Shown: positions 31,624 through 41,768, numbered from the stretch's first letter. The stretch: DNA of 64,000 bases from Alphaproteobacteria bacterium GWF2_58_20 (GCA_001768735.1 MEMB01000007.1:23612-87611); one strand, 5' to 3'. Notes: a model not told the origin generated them from the letters alone. Translations and numbers: made by a program.

Positions 31624-34116
31624 TCAGGTCTCATCCTTCTTTTCGCGGGCTTTTTTGGTTTTGTCGGCAGGCTCTTCGCGGCCGGAGAGTTCCGATGACA
31701 TCATGTCGGCCAGAGCCTGGAGTTGGGCCTCGATTTCCGGGGCAAGTCCGGCGTCTTCTGCCGGACGTGATGTGGACGGTTTTTCCGACGGTTCTGTTGT
31801 TTCCTGCGCGGCAAAAAAGTCTTCAGGTGCAGGGGTTTCTTCCGAAGGCGCGGGCTGTGCGTTTTCCTTTGGCGCAGGCGCGTCTCCGGTTTCCGTTTCG
31901 TCCTCTCCGGTTTCCTCGTCCGTATCCGCATCATCCATGGAGGCGCCCAGCAGTTCGGCCCAGTTCAGGGGACCGCCTTCCAAAACGGGTTTCGGTTCAT
32001 CCTTCATGGCCGCCCCCATGATGTCGGCCCAGCTCAGGCTGCCCGCCGGGGTTTCCGCGGCAAGGTTGGCGCTGGCTTCCGCCAGGGCGTCTTCAATCCC
32101 CGGCTTTTCGGTGCCGGCATGTTCTTCCGCCTTTTTGTGGATCATGTGGCTGACCGATGCCACCGAAAGGGCACCACATGTCAGGGCACCTTCTCCGGCC
32201 TTCTGTCCCGCCTGGAAGCCTGAAATCAGGGTTTCGATGATCTCGTTTTCCGGGGTTTCCGGGCCTGATGCCGCCACACTCCAGCGGGGGTTGTGCATGT
32301 TGCGGTCAAGCTGGTCAATGGTTGGCGAACTCGGCTGGACGCGGACATCATTGGGAGAAATGCGCAGGTAGTGCTGGACACGCAGGGCCTTCACCTTCTT
32401 GGGATCGGAATAGAAGATGTTGGCAGCCCATGAAGAGCCGTTGAACAGCAGGATGATCTCGCCCTGCTTGAGTTTTTTGAGGTCGCTGTAACCAAAGGCC
32501 GTGATGCTGCTGACCGAAGTGGCTTCATCCTTCAGGTTGTAACCGCCAAAGGTGCCATCGCTGAAGGCGTAACTCTTGGTTTCTGCGATCTTGATGTTGT
32601 TGACGGACTTTTCAAAAAATTCGCGGGTGGAGCGCGGATCCTCGATCTTGCCGAAAATCTTGAGGTTGCAGTTGGCGGCGATGGAATAGGCTTCTTCCTT
32701 GATGCGCTTTTCCATGGCGGCCATGTCCTGCGCGGCGAAAATGAGCGAGAAGCCAAGGCTTCGCGCCTGCGCCGCCATGACGCCCATGCCGGAGACGGTA
32801 TAGTAACCGACTTCGTCAAACACGGTCATGAACGGGGTGGAGGCGTTGGTGGGCTTGTTCTCGATGACCGATCCCCACTGGCCTTCCACCGAATTTCCGA
32901 GGGTGGATCCCATCATGCCCTTGAGCGAAGCGACAGCAATCTTGCCAAGGTTGGCGGCCTCGTCGCCCGATTTTTCCAGCGCCGGGATGAGGACGACCAG
33001 GAGGCGGCGGTTGAGCACCACGTCGGTCATGTCGATGTCGGCGAGCTGGATGTTGAAGATGTAGCCGTAGTCATCCGCCAGCGATCCCAGCGAGCGGGTG
33101 AACTGCATGGACAGGTAGCCATGCTGCTGGCTGGGCGTGGACATGTCCATCATGGGTTCGCCCGGGCCGGCCGGCTTCTGGTTGCCTTCGTCGTCATAGG
33201 CCTCGTCCACATAGCCCGGCAGGGTGTCGAGATAGCCGTGCAAGGCGCGGCGAAGGCGCTCCGGCAGTTCCTGATCACGCGAGAGCTTGATGATGGCAGG
33301 CAGGGACAGGTGGTCGCGCACCACGCCCACATCCAGCAAAACGCCCTGGTTGTCACGTTTCCAGGTGAGGGCGGGCATCATGGCGCCCATGAGGGCCACG
33401 GCGCGCTCTTTCCACATGGCGTTGTCGCCCTGCACTTCCGGCATCAGGCTGACCATCATGTTGGTGAGGTAGGAAGCGGAGCCCGAGGAAAACGGGTTCA
33501 TGGTGTTGGACATGGCCGGCATGTCGCTGTTCGCGGTCATGTAATTGAGGACCAGAAGGTCGTCGTCACGGCCAAAGCGGCGGGCCAGGGCGTAGAGGGA
33601 AGCCCACAGGTTGGTATCGGCCTTGCCGTCGATGTAGATGAATCCGCTGCCCCAGGTCATGGCGTTGGTGACAAGGGATTTGAGGCCTTCGGTTTTGCCG
33701 GCGCCAGTGGTGCCGAAGAAGAGGATGTGCGTGCGGGCATCGCTGTTGGAAACCCACATTTCCGTCTTGTCATCGCTTTCATTGCCGAGGAAGAGGATGC
33801 CATCAGGCTTCTTTTTGTCGGCGTTCTTGCGTTTCATGAAAGACGGCATCTTGAGGGGGATGCCGAATTTCTGTTTCATGATCCAGCGGAAATAGAGCAG
33901 GCCGATGAAAAACAGGACATCGGCGATGCGGGCCATAACATCAAGATCCTGCAGCAGGCTGGTGCCAAGGAGCAGGCCGCCGGTGGCGCCAAGGGCGACC
34001 GTGGCGTTCTGGGGCTGGGCGATGGACTGGAAGAATTTTGTTGTTGATGAACGGGTGTCGCGCATGAGCGCGTTGCCCTTGACATGATATTTCTTCTCAA
34101 CGCCTGGCATGGTCAA
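31624..34116 (-). CDS. type IV coupling protein family ATPase, DotL/IcmO(TrbC)-like with acidic C-terminal tail
   Basis: Two N-terminal TM helices, Walker A FFGTTGAGKT, Walker B VFDEVG, ~830 aa with a Glu/Asp-rich C-terminal extension. 4-bp overlap with the upstream DotM-like gene. Confidence 0.55.
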   Translation of the reverse strand: MTMPGVEKKYHVKGNALMRDTRSSTTKFFQSIAQPQNATVALGATGGLLLGTSLLQDLDVMARIADVLFFIGLLYFRWIMKQKFGIPLKMPSFMKRKNADKKKPDGILFLGNESDDKTEMWVSNSDARTHILFFGTTGAGKTEGLKSLVTNAMTWGSGFIYIDGKADTNLWASLYALARRFGRDDDLLVLNYMTANSDMPAMSNTMNPFSSGSASYLTNMMVSLMPEVQGDNAMWKERAVALMGAMMPALTWKRDNQGVLLDVGVVRDHLSLPAIIKLSRDQELPERLRRALHGYLDTLPGYVDEAYDDEGNQKPAGPGEPMMDMSTPSQQHGYLSMQFTRSLGSLADDYGYIFNIQLADIDMTDVVLNRRLLVVLIPALEKSGDEAANLGKIAVASLKGMMGSTLGNSVEGQWGSVIENKPTNASTPFMTVFDEVGYYTVSGMGVMAAQARSLGFSLIFAAQDMAAMEKRIKEEAYSIAANCNLKIFGKIEDPRSTREFFEKSVNNIKIAETKSYAFSDGTFGGYNLKDEATSVSSITAFGYSDLKKLKQGEIILLFNGSSWAANIFYSDPKKVKALRVQHYLRISPNDVRVQPSSPTIDQLDRNMHNPRWSVAASGPETPENEIIETLISGFQAGQKAGEGALTCGALSVASVSHMIHKKAEEHAGTEKPGIEDALAEASANLAAETPAGSLSWADIMGAAMKDEPKPVLEGGPLNWAELLGASMDDADTDEETGEDETETGDAPAPKENAQPAPSEETPAPEDFFAAQETTEPSEKPSTSRPAEDAGLAPEIEAQLQALADMMSSELSGREEPADKTKKAREKKDET

Positions 34117-35246
34117 GCCCTCCCGGCTGCAGCCAGAGGCGGCAGTTTGATTTCAGGGTCTTTCATGTAGCCCTGCATGGCGATGATGGCCGCATCGAGT
34201 TTTGGATTTGGCAGGGGGCGGCCGGATTTCTGCTCCGCCATGAAGTGGGTGACGGAAGCGGCTGCTTCGGCATGGAAGGAATGGCGACCGAGGTTGTTGA
34301 GCGGATACCAGAGTGGACGGGCAACGGCCCGCAGCCAGAGGAACTGGGCAGGCGCGAGGACGCCGCCATTGGATCGGGCCCATTCCAGCACGGCCATCAT
34401 GGCTGTGGTGAGGTAAGCATGGGTGGCGGCAATCTTGAGGGCCTTGCCACCCACTTCCGGATCCTTGAGGATTTTGGTGATGCGGCGGCGCAGGTTGCCA
34501 GGAACGGAAAGTCCTTTTTCCGGCGACCAGCAGGCGGAGATTTCACCCAGCAGGTCATCACTTTCCTGACGTTTGCAAATGCCCTTGAGCGCGAATGCGG
34601 CCAGCAGGCACTGGGCATAAAGCGGCATGCGTTCCGGGCCGCGCCAGCGGGGGCCAATATCGCGCAGCATGGCCGTGCGCATGGCATCGGGATCAGGTGT
34701 GTTGCCCATCATGGGGATATGGTTGAAAACCAGCCATTCTTCCGGGGAAAGGGCTTCCGCGAAGGGGGGGAGGACATCCGGCACCGGGGAGCCTGGCGAA
34801 CGGGCGTTCTTGTCGCCGGGATTGAACTTGAGGATGGGGGTGATGATCGGGAAGGCATCGGCCTGCTGGGAAATGAAGCTTTCAATGCCATACTGGCGGC
34901 GCAGCAGGTTTCCGGGCGCGCGGAAGGTTGCCATGACAGCCATGCCGATCAGGGCGAGGCCGATGGGCCAGCGCAAGACATTGCCGACGATGAGCGAGGC
35001 TTGGCCCAAAATGGTGGTGGTGAGGGCGCGGGAGGGGATGGTGGACAAGGTATCGGCCATCTCGGCGTATTTTGGCGAGAAAAACCCCAGCATCGACAGC
35101 TCGCCGACCTTGAGCCAGCGCAGGGCATTGAGGATTTGTTCATGGCCAGTGAGCCAGATGGCCCATGAACCACCGACAATGACAATGAACAGGAGAACGA
35201 TGATCATGATGGTATCATCGCCTTTTTTGCCGGATGAGGGCGCCAC
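34113..35246 (-). CDS. DotM/IcmP-like inner-membrane partner of the coupling protein (inferred)
   Basis: ~377 aa with N-terminal TM helices and a large cytoplasmic domain. Position and size match the dotM-dotL (icmP-icmO) pair of type IVB systems. No diagnostic motif verified. Confidence 0.35.
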   Translation of the reverse strand: MAPSSGKKGDDTIMIIVLLFIVIVGGSWAIWLTGHEQILNALRWLKVGELSMLGFFSPKYAEMADTLSTIPSRALTTTILGQASLIVGNVLRWPIGLALIGMAVMATFRAPGNLLRRQYGIESFISQQADAFPIITPILKFNPGDKNARSPGSPVPDVLPPFAEALSPEEWLVFNHIPMMGNTPDPDAMRTAMLRDIGPRWRGPERMPLYAQCLLAAFALKGICKRQESDDLLGEISACWSPEKGLSVPGNLRRRITKILKDPEVGGKALKIAATHAYLTTAMMAVLEWARSNGGVLAPAQFLWLRAVARPLWYPLNNLGRHSFHAEAAASVTHFMAEQKSGRPLPNPKLDAAIIAMQGYMKDPEIKLPPLAAAGRA

Positions 35247-35413
35247 CGCTTCAATCTCCGTATAAATTAATCCAGTGTTTCATTCTCATAAACGATTTTG
35301 GGTCTGGATGGCAATGATTTTTGCATGTTGGCCGCGGCTTTTCCTGCCGGCGGTTTCCCTGCCGGACAAAAGAGGCTTGCCTGACGGCTTTTTTCGGGGT
35401 ATTGCAGGCGTGT

Positions 35414-35489
<76 letters not shown>

Positions 35490-35573
35490 TTTTTTGCGCA
35501 TTTGTTGCCATTTGGGAAAAATCCATATAGAATGTAATCTGTCATACCGGGGCCTACCTTTCAGGGAGTTTTT

Positions 35574-37271
35574 TTGCGCATGTCCGTTTTTGTTTGCCGC
35601 CGTAGCGGGGGAGTTTTCTGGGGTGTGCTGTTTTTGTCATGCCTTGCCATTCTTTCCTTGTCCGGATGCTCCGGGGTTCATGATCCTGAACTTGGCCTGA
35701 ACCGGGACGCCTATCGCAACATGACCGATCCTGTGCCGGATGCGTTCAAGACATCCCGCAAGGAAGCGCCTCCCATTCCGGATTTGTCCCCAACGATTGC
35801 CCGCCCGGCGATGCCGTTGCTGACGCCAAACCGCACGGTCAGCCTTTCCGTGACAAGCGCATTGTCCCTCAAGGATGTCATGTTTGAGCTTGCCCGCCAG
35901 GCGGAAGTGGATATTGAAATTGACCCGCGGATTGCCGGGGGGGTGGATTTTTCCGCCCACAACCGGCCTTTCCTGGATGTGATTGATCGCCTGTGTGACC
36001 TTGCCGGCCTGCGTTTCCGTATCCGCAACAATGTGGTCCGGGTGGAAATTGACGATCCCTATGTTTTCAATTATGAAGTTCCTTACCTGTCCATCATCCG
36101 CCAGACCCGCAGCAATATTGGTGTTTCCACGGATGTTGTGACGCCTGGCAGCAGCGCGGGGAGCGGGGATACCCGTTCAACGGCAAGCATCAGCGGAGAA
36201 TCGGATTCCAATTTCTTTGGGGAACTGGAAACCGGTCTCAAGGCCCTTCTGGCCAACACCACTCCGGCCGGCCTTTCTGCAACGCGTCCGGCAGACCAGC
36301 CAGCGGTTGTCCTGCACAAGCAGACAGGTATCATTTCGGTTTTCGGAACCCTCAAACAGCATCAGGCCGTGGCGGAATATCTCAAGCCACTGGTGGAAGC
36401 CTCCATGGCGCAGGTGCAGATTGATGCCCGGATCATCGAGGTCAATCTGGATGACCGTTACAAGAGCGGTGTTGACTGGACTTTTGTCATGCAGCAGGGG
36501 ACCATTTATACGCTGGGGTCAACCCTGACCAACTTCAATGACCCGAGTCCGCTCAACAACACATTTCAGGCGACGATTGACGGTTCGGATGTGGATCTGC
36601 TGGTCAACCTGATCCAGAAGTTTGGCACCACGCGCACCCTGTCCAGTCCGCGCGCCACGGTTCTCAACAACCAGTCCGCCATTCTCAAGGTTGCCCGGAA
36701 TTATGTGTATTTTGATGTGCAGGTGGATCGTGAAACCACGACGGATACCACGACCAGCAACAACCTGCCCCTGCTGACCGTCAGCAGTGACATCCGCACC
36801 ATTCCAATTGGTCTTGTCATGGCGGTCCAGCCTTCGGTGGATATGCGCACCAATGAAATTGTCCTCACGGTGCGTCCCACGGTGACAGAACTGGATTCAA
36901 CCGTCTCGGATCCGGCCGTGCAGTATATCAACAGCACGCTTGATCCCAATGCGGTGCGTGTGGAATCCCAGATCCCGGTCGTGCGCGTGCGGGAAATTGA
37001 CAGTGTGCTGCGCCTCCAGTCCGGAGAGGTTGCCGTTCTGGGCGGCCTGATGCAGGACAAGAGTGTCCTGGATGACGAGGGGCTGCCCGGTCTGGGAGAA
37101 ACCCCGGTTCTGGGCGATCTGGTCACCAAGCGTGAAAAGCTGCGGGATACCACGGAAATGGTGGTGTTGCTCAGGGCCCAGGTCCTGAAGAACGCATCTT
37201 CTGGAGTGACCGATGCCGACCGCCACCTTTACAAGACATTTGTCCGCGATCCGCGTCCGTTCAACTTTTAA
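35574..37271 (+). CDS. type IV pilus lipoprotein secretin (MshL/PilN-type)
   Basis: Lipobox LSLSGCSG. Secretin C-domain (VLRLQSGEVAVLGGLMQD ... GLPGLGETPVLGDLV ... TEMVVLLRAQVL). Confidence 0.8.
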   Translation: MRMSVFVCRRSGGVFWGVLFLSCLAILSLSGCSGVHDPELGLNRDAYRNMTDPVPDAFKTSRKEAPPIPDLSPTIARPAMPLLTPNRTVSLSVTSALSLKDVMFELARQAEVDIEIDPRIAGGVDFSAHNRPFLDVIDRLCDLAGLRFRIRNNVVRVEIDDPYVFNYEVPYLSIIRQTRSNIGVSTDVVTPGSSAGSGDTRSTASISGESDSNFFGELETGLKALLANTTPAGLSATRPADQPAVVLHKQTGIISVFGTLKQHQAVAEYLKPLVEASMAQVQIDARIIEVNLDDRYKSGVDWTFVMQQGTIYTLGSTLTNFNDPSPLNNTFQATIDGSDVDLLVNLIQKFGTTRTLSSPRATVLNNQSAILKVARNYVYFDVQVDRETTTDTTTSNNLPLLTVSSDIRTIPIGLVMAVQPSVDMRTNEIVLTVRPTVTELDSTVSDPAVQYINSTLDPNAVRVESQIPVVRVREIDSVLRLQSGEVAVLGGLMQDKSVLDDEGLPGLGETPVLGDLVTKREKLRDTTEMVVLLRAQVLKNASSGVTDADRHLYKTFVRDPRPFNF

Positions 37272-37286
37272 AGAGAAGGGGCGGAG

Positions 37287-38051
37287 ATGCTGCCGACACT
37301 GCGCTATCTCTTCCTGACGGCACGTCGTGACCGGTTGTTTCTGGCCATGATGGCGGCTTTTGGCCTTGTTGCCCTGCTGGGGAGCTTTATTGGCGACCAG
37401 TCCGTGATTGAGGGGCGGGAAGCGACAGCGGCGTTTGTCGCATTTTCCGGGCGCATGGTGCTGGTTTTCGGCATGGTGCTTTTTGTGGCAACCCATATTC
37501 GTCGCGCCTTTGAAAGCCGCGAAATCCTCATGATCCTGTCCCGGCCGGTGTCCCGCCATGGGTTTGTGCTGTCCTGCTGGGCAAGCTTTTCCATCATTGC
37601 CATCCTCCTCCTGGCTGTCTTTGGGGGGCTTCTTTATGTTGTTGCCCATCCGCCAGCGATGGGGCTTGTGTTGTTCATGGCCGGAATGCTGCTGGAAACC
37701 ACCCTGATGATCGGTGTGGCCCTGTTTTTCTCCCTGGGCATGGAAAGCGTGGTTGGGGTTGTGTTCTCCAGCTTTGGTTTTTATATGCTGGCCCGCATGA
37801 TGGGGGTTCTGGTTGCCATCGCCAATTCCGAATTCCGTGGGGTTGAATTGCCCATGGCGCTGGCGCTGGACCAGGTTGCCAACCTGATGTCCTTCATTTT
37901 TCCAAGGCTGGACCAGTTTGGCCAGTCGTCATGGCTGGTGTATGGCCGTGGACTTGACCTGTCTCTTGCGGGCATGGCCCTGCAGGTTGGGCTTTATACT
38001 GCCCTGGTGCTTGCTGCCGCGATTTTTGATTTCCGGCGCAAGCGGTTTTGA
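37287..38051 (+). CDS. ABC-2-type transporter permease-like membrane protein
   Basis: Six predicted TM helices, 254 aa. Immediately downstream of the secretin gene, with a 4-bp overlap to the next gene. Confidence 0.45.
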   Translation: MLPTLRYLFLTARRDRLFLAMMAAFGLVALLGSFIGDQSVIEGREATAAFVAFSGRMVLVFGMVLFVATHIRRAFESREILMILSRPVSRHGFVLSCWASFSIIAILLLAVFGGLLYVVAHPPAMGLVLFMAGMLLETTLMIGVALFFSLGMESVVGVVFSSFGFYMLARMMGVLVAIANSEFRGVELPMALALDQVANLMSFIFPRLDQFGQSSWLVYGRGLDLSLAGMALQVGLYTALVLAAAIFDFRRKRF

Positions 38052-38746
38052 TGGTTTTTCGCATGCGGTCATCGGGGAATGTTGTGTTGGGCTTCCTGCT
38101 GGTGGCCCTGACTGTGGCGCAAGGGGGGCTTGGATACCTGCTGCGCAAGGTTCCGCCCCATTACCACACGTTGTCTGCGCCTCCGGGGCATCAGGCCTTC
38201 GTGGCGCAAACCCTTGGAGATCCACAGTTCGGTTTTCGCATGGCCGGCTTGCGCCTTCAGCATGAGGGAAACCTGGATGGACGGATTTTGCCGTACAAGT
38301 CCATGGACTACAAGAGACTGGCGGACTGGTTTTCCTTGCTGGACAGGATGGATGCCACTTCCAGCGTGACGCCAACCATGGCGGCGTTCCTGTTTGTTTC
38401 ATCACAAACTCCGGAAGACACCCGTTACCTTGTGGATTACCTTGAACGGCATGCCATGCGCGATCCCCAGCACAAATGGCGCTGGCTGGCCCAGGCTGTG
38501 CATATTGCCTGGTATCGTCTTGGGGATCGGGACCGTTCCCTTGGCCTGGCGAAGGAACTGGCCGATCTTCCAGTGTCCGACCTGCCTTACTGGGCGCGCC
38601 AGATGCAGGTGTTTATCCTGATGGATTTGGGGGAAAAGCCGTCCGCGCGGGCCATTCTGGAAAAAATTGCCGAAACAGACCATAACCTGCCGGAAAATGA
38701 ACGGTTGTGGATGCAGCGGTTCATCCAGCGCCATCTTTCAGATTGA
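38048..38746 (+). CDS. membrane-anchored hypothetical protein
   Basis: N-terminal TM helix (VVLGFLLVALTVAQGGLGYLL) and a soluble domain with no motif recognised. Confidence 0.4.
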   Translation: MMVFRMRSSGNVVLGFLLVALTVAQGGLGYLLRKVPPHYHTLSAPPGHQAFVAQTLGDPQFGFRMAGLRLQHEGNLDGRILPYKSMDYKRLADWFSLLDRMDATSSVTPTMAAFLFVSSQTPEDTRYLVDYLERHAMRDPQHKWRWLAQAVHIAWYRLGDRDRSLGLAKELADLPVSDLPYWARQMQVFILMDLGEKPSARAILEKIAETDHNLPENERLWMQRFIQRHLSD

Positions 38747-38750
38747 GGGA

Positions 38751-39854
38751 ATGATGGAAGGGCTGCTCAATCTTGCAAACGGCCTTCAGGTCGCCGGACT
38801 TCTGGAAGGGTTGGTCCTGCTGGCTTTTATCCTGCGGCGCATTTGTGACCGGCGTCTCCTGGTTTTCCCTGTGGCGTATGTTGTTGCGGTTTCGGCGGGG
38901 TTCCTCATGCCGCTGTCGCAGCGTATCGACATGCAGGTGCCGGAAGCCGTCCTGATTGTCCTGAATGCCACCCTGTCGGGGTTCGGGTACCTTTTCATTC
39001 TCCAGCTTCTGGATGGACAGCCGCCGCGTCGCCTGCACCTGCTCGTGCTGATTCCGGCCTTGCTGGTTGTTCCTGGGGCGCTGGTAACTGCGGCCTCAAA
39101 GGGGCAGATGATGTGCTGGGGCGATGTCTGCATCATCCCGGCCGATTTTCTTCGGGTTTATGATGTCCTTGCAGGGGGGATGCTGCTTTTGGCCCTGCTG
39201 CTGGTTGCCGGGCGTCGTCTGGAAGCGCTGGTGGGGCGTCCCATGGGGCGTGAAAAACAGGCCTTGGTTTTGGCCATTGCCATGATGCAGGCCGCCCTGC
39301 TGGGGTTGGGGCTCGTTTTCCTTTCCGGCAGGATCGACCGGGCTGAAGCCGAAGTGGTGGATGCCATCTTGCGCCTGACCTTCCTTTATCTTCTGGCGTC
39401 TTCGGTGTTTCGCGTGTTCCAGTCGGCGTTTGACTTGCCGGAGCTTTCGGGGAACGAAAACCAGGAACATGCGCCGGGCCTGTCGGATGAGGATCTCAAG
39501 GTCATGGATGCCATCAGGGCGCTGATGACCATGGACAAGCTTTATCAGGAACAGGGGTTCAGCCGTGCGGACCTTGCCCGTGAACTCGCCCTTCCCGAAT
39601 ACCAGGTGAGCCGGATCATCAATGCCGGATTTGGGCAGACTTTTTCCGAAATGGTAAACGGGTATCGCCTGGACGAAGCGCGCCAGCTCCTGAAGGAAAC
39701 GGAGCAGCCTGTTGGCAGCATCGCTTTTGATGTCGGGTTTAATAGTCTGGCCTCCTTTAACCGGGTTTTCAAGGTGGGCACAGGCCAAAGCCCCACAGCC
39801 TTCCGGCAGGGCATCAAAATGGAATCGAAAATGGAGACCCCGGGTAAGTCTTGA
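38751..39854 (+). CDS. membrane-embedded AraC-family transcriptional regulator (about 7 TM helices plus C-terminal AraC HTH)
   Basis: Seven hydrophobic helices, then the AraC HTH (FSRADLARELALPEYQVSRIINAGFGQTFSEMVNGYRLDEARQLL ... SIAFDVGFNSLASFNRVFK). Confidence 0.7.
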   Translation: MMEGLLNLANGLQVAGLLEGLVLLAFILRRICDRRLLVFPVAYVVAVSAGFLMPLSQRIDMQVPEAVLIVLNATLSGFGYLFILQLLDGQPPRRLHLLVLIPALLVVPGALVTAASKGQMMCWGDVCIIPADFLRVYDVLAGGMLLLALLLVAGRRLEALVGRPMGREKQALVLAIAMMQAALLGLGLVFLSGRIDRAEAEVVDAILRLTFLYLLASSVFRVFQSAFDLPELSGNENQEHAPGLSDEDLKVMDAIRALMTMDKLYQEQGFSRADLARELALPEYQVSRIINAGFGQTFSEMVNGYRLDEARQLLKETEQPVGSIAFDVGFNSLASFNRVFKVGTGQSPTAFRQGIKMESKMETPGKS

Positions 39855-39966
39855 AAAGCGTTGGTTGCAAGAGATTTTGGGATATCCTCAGGCCGTGGTT
39901 TTCCGGTAGCCTTGCGGGTATGGCGAGGGGTGTCGCGGGAAAGAGCGCAGGGAAGGGAAGAAGGAC

Positions 39967-40755
39967 ATGAATCCGTTGAATTTGGCTTGGGGCGCGGCCT
40001 TTGCCCTTTTAGGTATGGTTTTTGGGAGTTTTTCCAGCCTTCTGTCCTATCGTCTTCCGCGCGATCTGCCGGTGGGCATGACCCGCTCGGCCTGTCCCTC
40101 CTGTCATCATGTCCTTGCCGCCCGCGATCTTGTCCCTTTGCTGGGATATGTTTTCCAGCATGGGCATTGCCGCTGGTGCCAGAAGGCGATTTCGCGCCGC
40201 TATCCCCTGATGGAACTGACCTGTGCGCTTCTTTTTGTCGTGGCATTCATGGCGTTCGGGGCGTCCTTGTCCGGGGTGCTTTTTGCGGGGCTGTCTTTTG
40301 CCCTTCTGGTGGTTGTGGTCAGTGACCTTGAAACCTATATCATTCCGGATACCATGGTGATTCTGGTTGGTGTGCTGGGGATCCTGTGGCGCTGGAAAGT
40401 TGTTCCAGGCTTTGGGGATGCGTTTCTCGGGGCTTTGTTGGGGGGAGGGTTGACCCTTGGGTTGCGTGCCTTGTTCCTGCTGCTGCGCCGCAAGCAGGGG
40501 TTGGGGCTCGGAGATGTGAAATTTATTGCGGTAGCCGGGATCTGGCTGGGATTTGAAGCCCTTCCATGGCTTCTGGTTCTGGGCGGGAGTTTCGGCGTGG
40601 TGTTTGGCATGGCATGGCAGGCGCGCAACAGGCTGTGCAGAAAGAAGCGGACATCCCGTCGCAAGCTGCCATCTTATTTCCCGTTTGGCCCCGCCCTTGC
40701 TTTTGCGCTTTATCTTCTGGTCCTGATCCAGCAACGCGGTTATCCATGGTTTTGA
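39967..40755 (+). CDS. pilD: prepilin peptidase (A24 family, PilD type with N-terminal zinc-binding CxxC pairs)
   Basis: CPSCHHVL ... CRWCQKAIS. Polytopic, with the catalytic Asp region (VVVSDLETYIIPD) and GLGDVKF. Confidence 0.85.
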   Translation: MNPLNLAWGAAFALLGMVFGSFSSLLSYRLPRDLPVGMTRSACPSCHHVLAARDLVPLLGYVFQHGHCRWCQKAISRRYPLMELTCALLFVVAFMAFGASLSGVLFAGLSFALLVVVVSDLETYIIPDTMVILVGVLGILWRWKVVPGFGDAFLGALLGGGLTLGLRALFLLLRRKQGLGLGDVKFIAVAGIWLGFEALPWLLVLGGSFGVVFGMAWQARNRLCRKKRTSRRKLPSYFPFGPALAFALYLLVLIQQRGYPWF

Positions 40756-40988
40756 AATCCTTTTTCCACACCGTGTGGCAAGGTTTTTTTTGAGGGAACT
40801 TTCCAAGGGAAACCGGTGCAGCCTGCATTCCTCATCTTGTAAAATGACGGATTTGGCACGCATTTTCCCAAGACAGCCCCGTTTTTTTGCGATATGATGC
40901 GGCCAGATTAGGTTTTGTGCGCAAGCGTGCGCATGGCGTTTGTGGGTATGCGGGGCCTTTCTCCGCAGAACATTTTGAGGAGAGTAAC

Positions 40989-41699
40989 ATGACGACAAAT
41001 GGCAAGCAGACACAGGCTGGTTTCAGTCTTGTCGAACTGGCAATCGTGCTGATCATCATCGGTCTGATTGTTGGTGGCGTTCTGAAGGGGCAGGACCTTG
41101 TGGAAAGCGCCCGCGTGAATTCCATCCAGACACAGCTGAACGAAGTTCGTGTCGCATCTTCGACCTTCCTGAACAAGTATGATGATCTGCCGGGCGACAT
41201 CAGCGCTGCGGATGCGGTGCTTGTGCAGGCGGGCCTCAGCAGCACGGGTGACGGCAATGGCCGCGTTGGTGGCACGGGCGTCAATCGTCTTGGCTCCACG
41301 GCAACGGAACCCACCTGGTTCTGGCAGCATCTGCGCGCCGCCGGTCTTCTTGGCGGCATTGCCACGGAATCTACGGGCGTTCTTCCGGCGTCTTCCGGCT
41401 TGCAGAGCCGCGTGGGTGGTCTTTACACCATCAATTATGAAACCATCAATGGAATCAGCAGCCACTGGATCCGTCTTGGAACCACAACGGGTGCGGCGCC
41501 GACCGACAACAATGTTGCGGTTCTCTCGCCCAACCAGCTGCGCAGCGTCGACACCAAGGGTGATGATGGCCTGCCGAACACCGGCAAGGTGGGTGGCGCA
41601 GGTTCAGGTACCGCTTGCGCGACAGGCGTGACCTCCACCAGCACCTACCAGACCACCAATCCGGATACGGTTGCCTGCTGGGGTCACTTCCAGCTCTAA
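40989..41699 (+). CDS. type IV pilin (probable major pilin), short leader
   Basis: MTTNGKQTQAG|FSLVELAIVLIIIGLIVGG class-III signal with Glu5. C-terminal Cys pair. Followed by a strong terminator. Confidence 0.8.
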   Translation: MTTNGKQTQAGFSLVELAIVLIIIGLIVGGVLKGQDLVESARVNSIQTQLNEVRVASSTFLNKYDDLPGDISAADAVLVQAGLSSTGDGNGRVGGTGVNRLGSTATEPTWFWQHLRAAGLLGGIATESTGVLPASSGLQSRVGGLYTINYETINGISSHWIRLGTTTGAAPTDNNVAVLSPNQLRSVDTKGDDGLPNTGKVGGAGSGTACATGVTSTSTYQTTNPDTVACWGHFQL

Positions 41700-41732
41700 T
41701 CGTTCTGTTTCCTGAACAACAGGAATGGGAAA

Positions 41733-41768
41733 GGGCCCTGCAAATGCAGGGCCCTTTCTTGTTTTTTT
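41733..41768 (+). terminator. rho-independent terminator after the pilin gene
   Basis: AAGGGCCCTGCAAATGCAGGGCCCTT hairpin, then TCTTGTTTTTTT. Confidence 0.7.

Noticed and set aside
33121-35168. Plus-strand ORFs (308 aa, 307 aa) opposite the DotL/DotM-like genes
   Set aside because: Gly/His/Ala-rich antisense frames. The minus-strand genes have TM helices and Walker motifs.
40009-41013. 334-aa minus-strand ORF overlapping pilD and the pilin start
   Set aside because: Antisense. pilD and the pilin on the plus strand carry diagnostic motifs.
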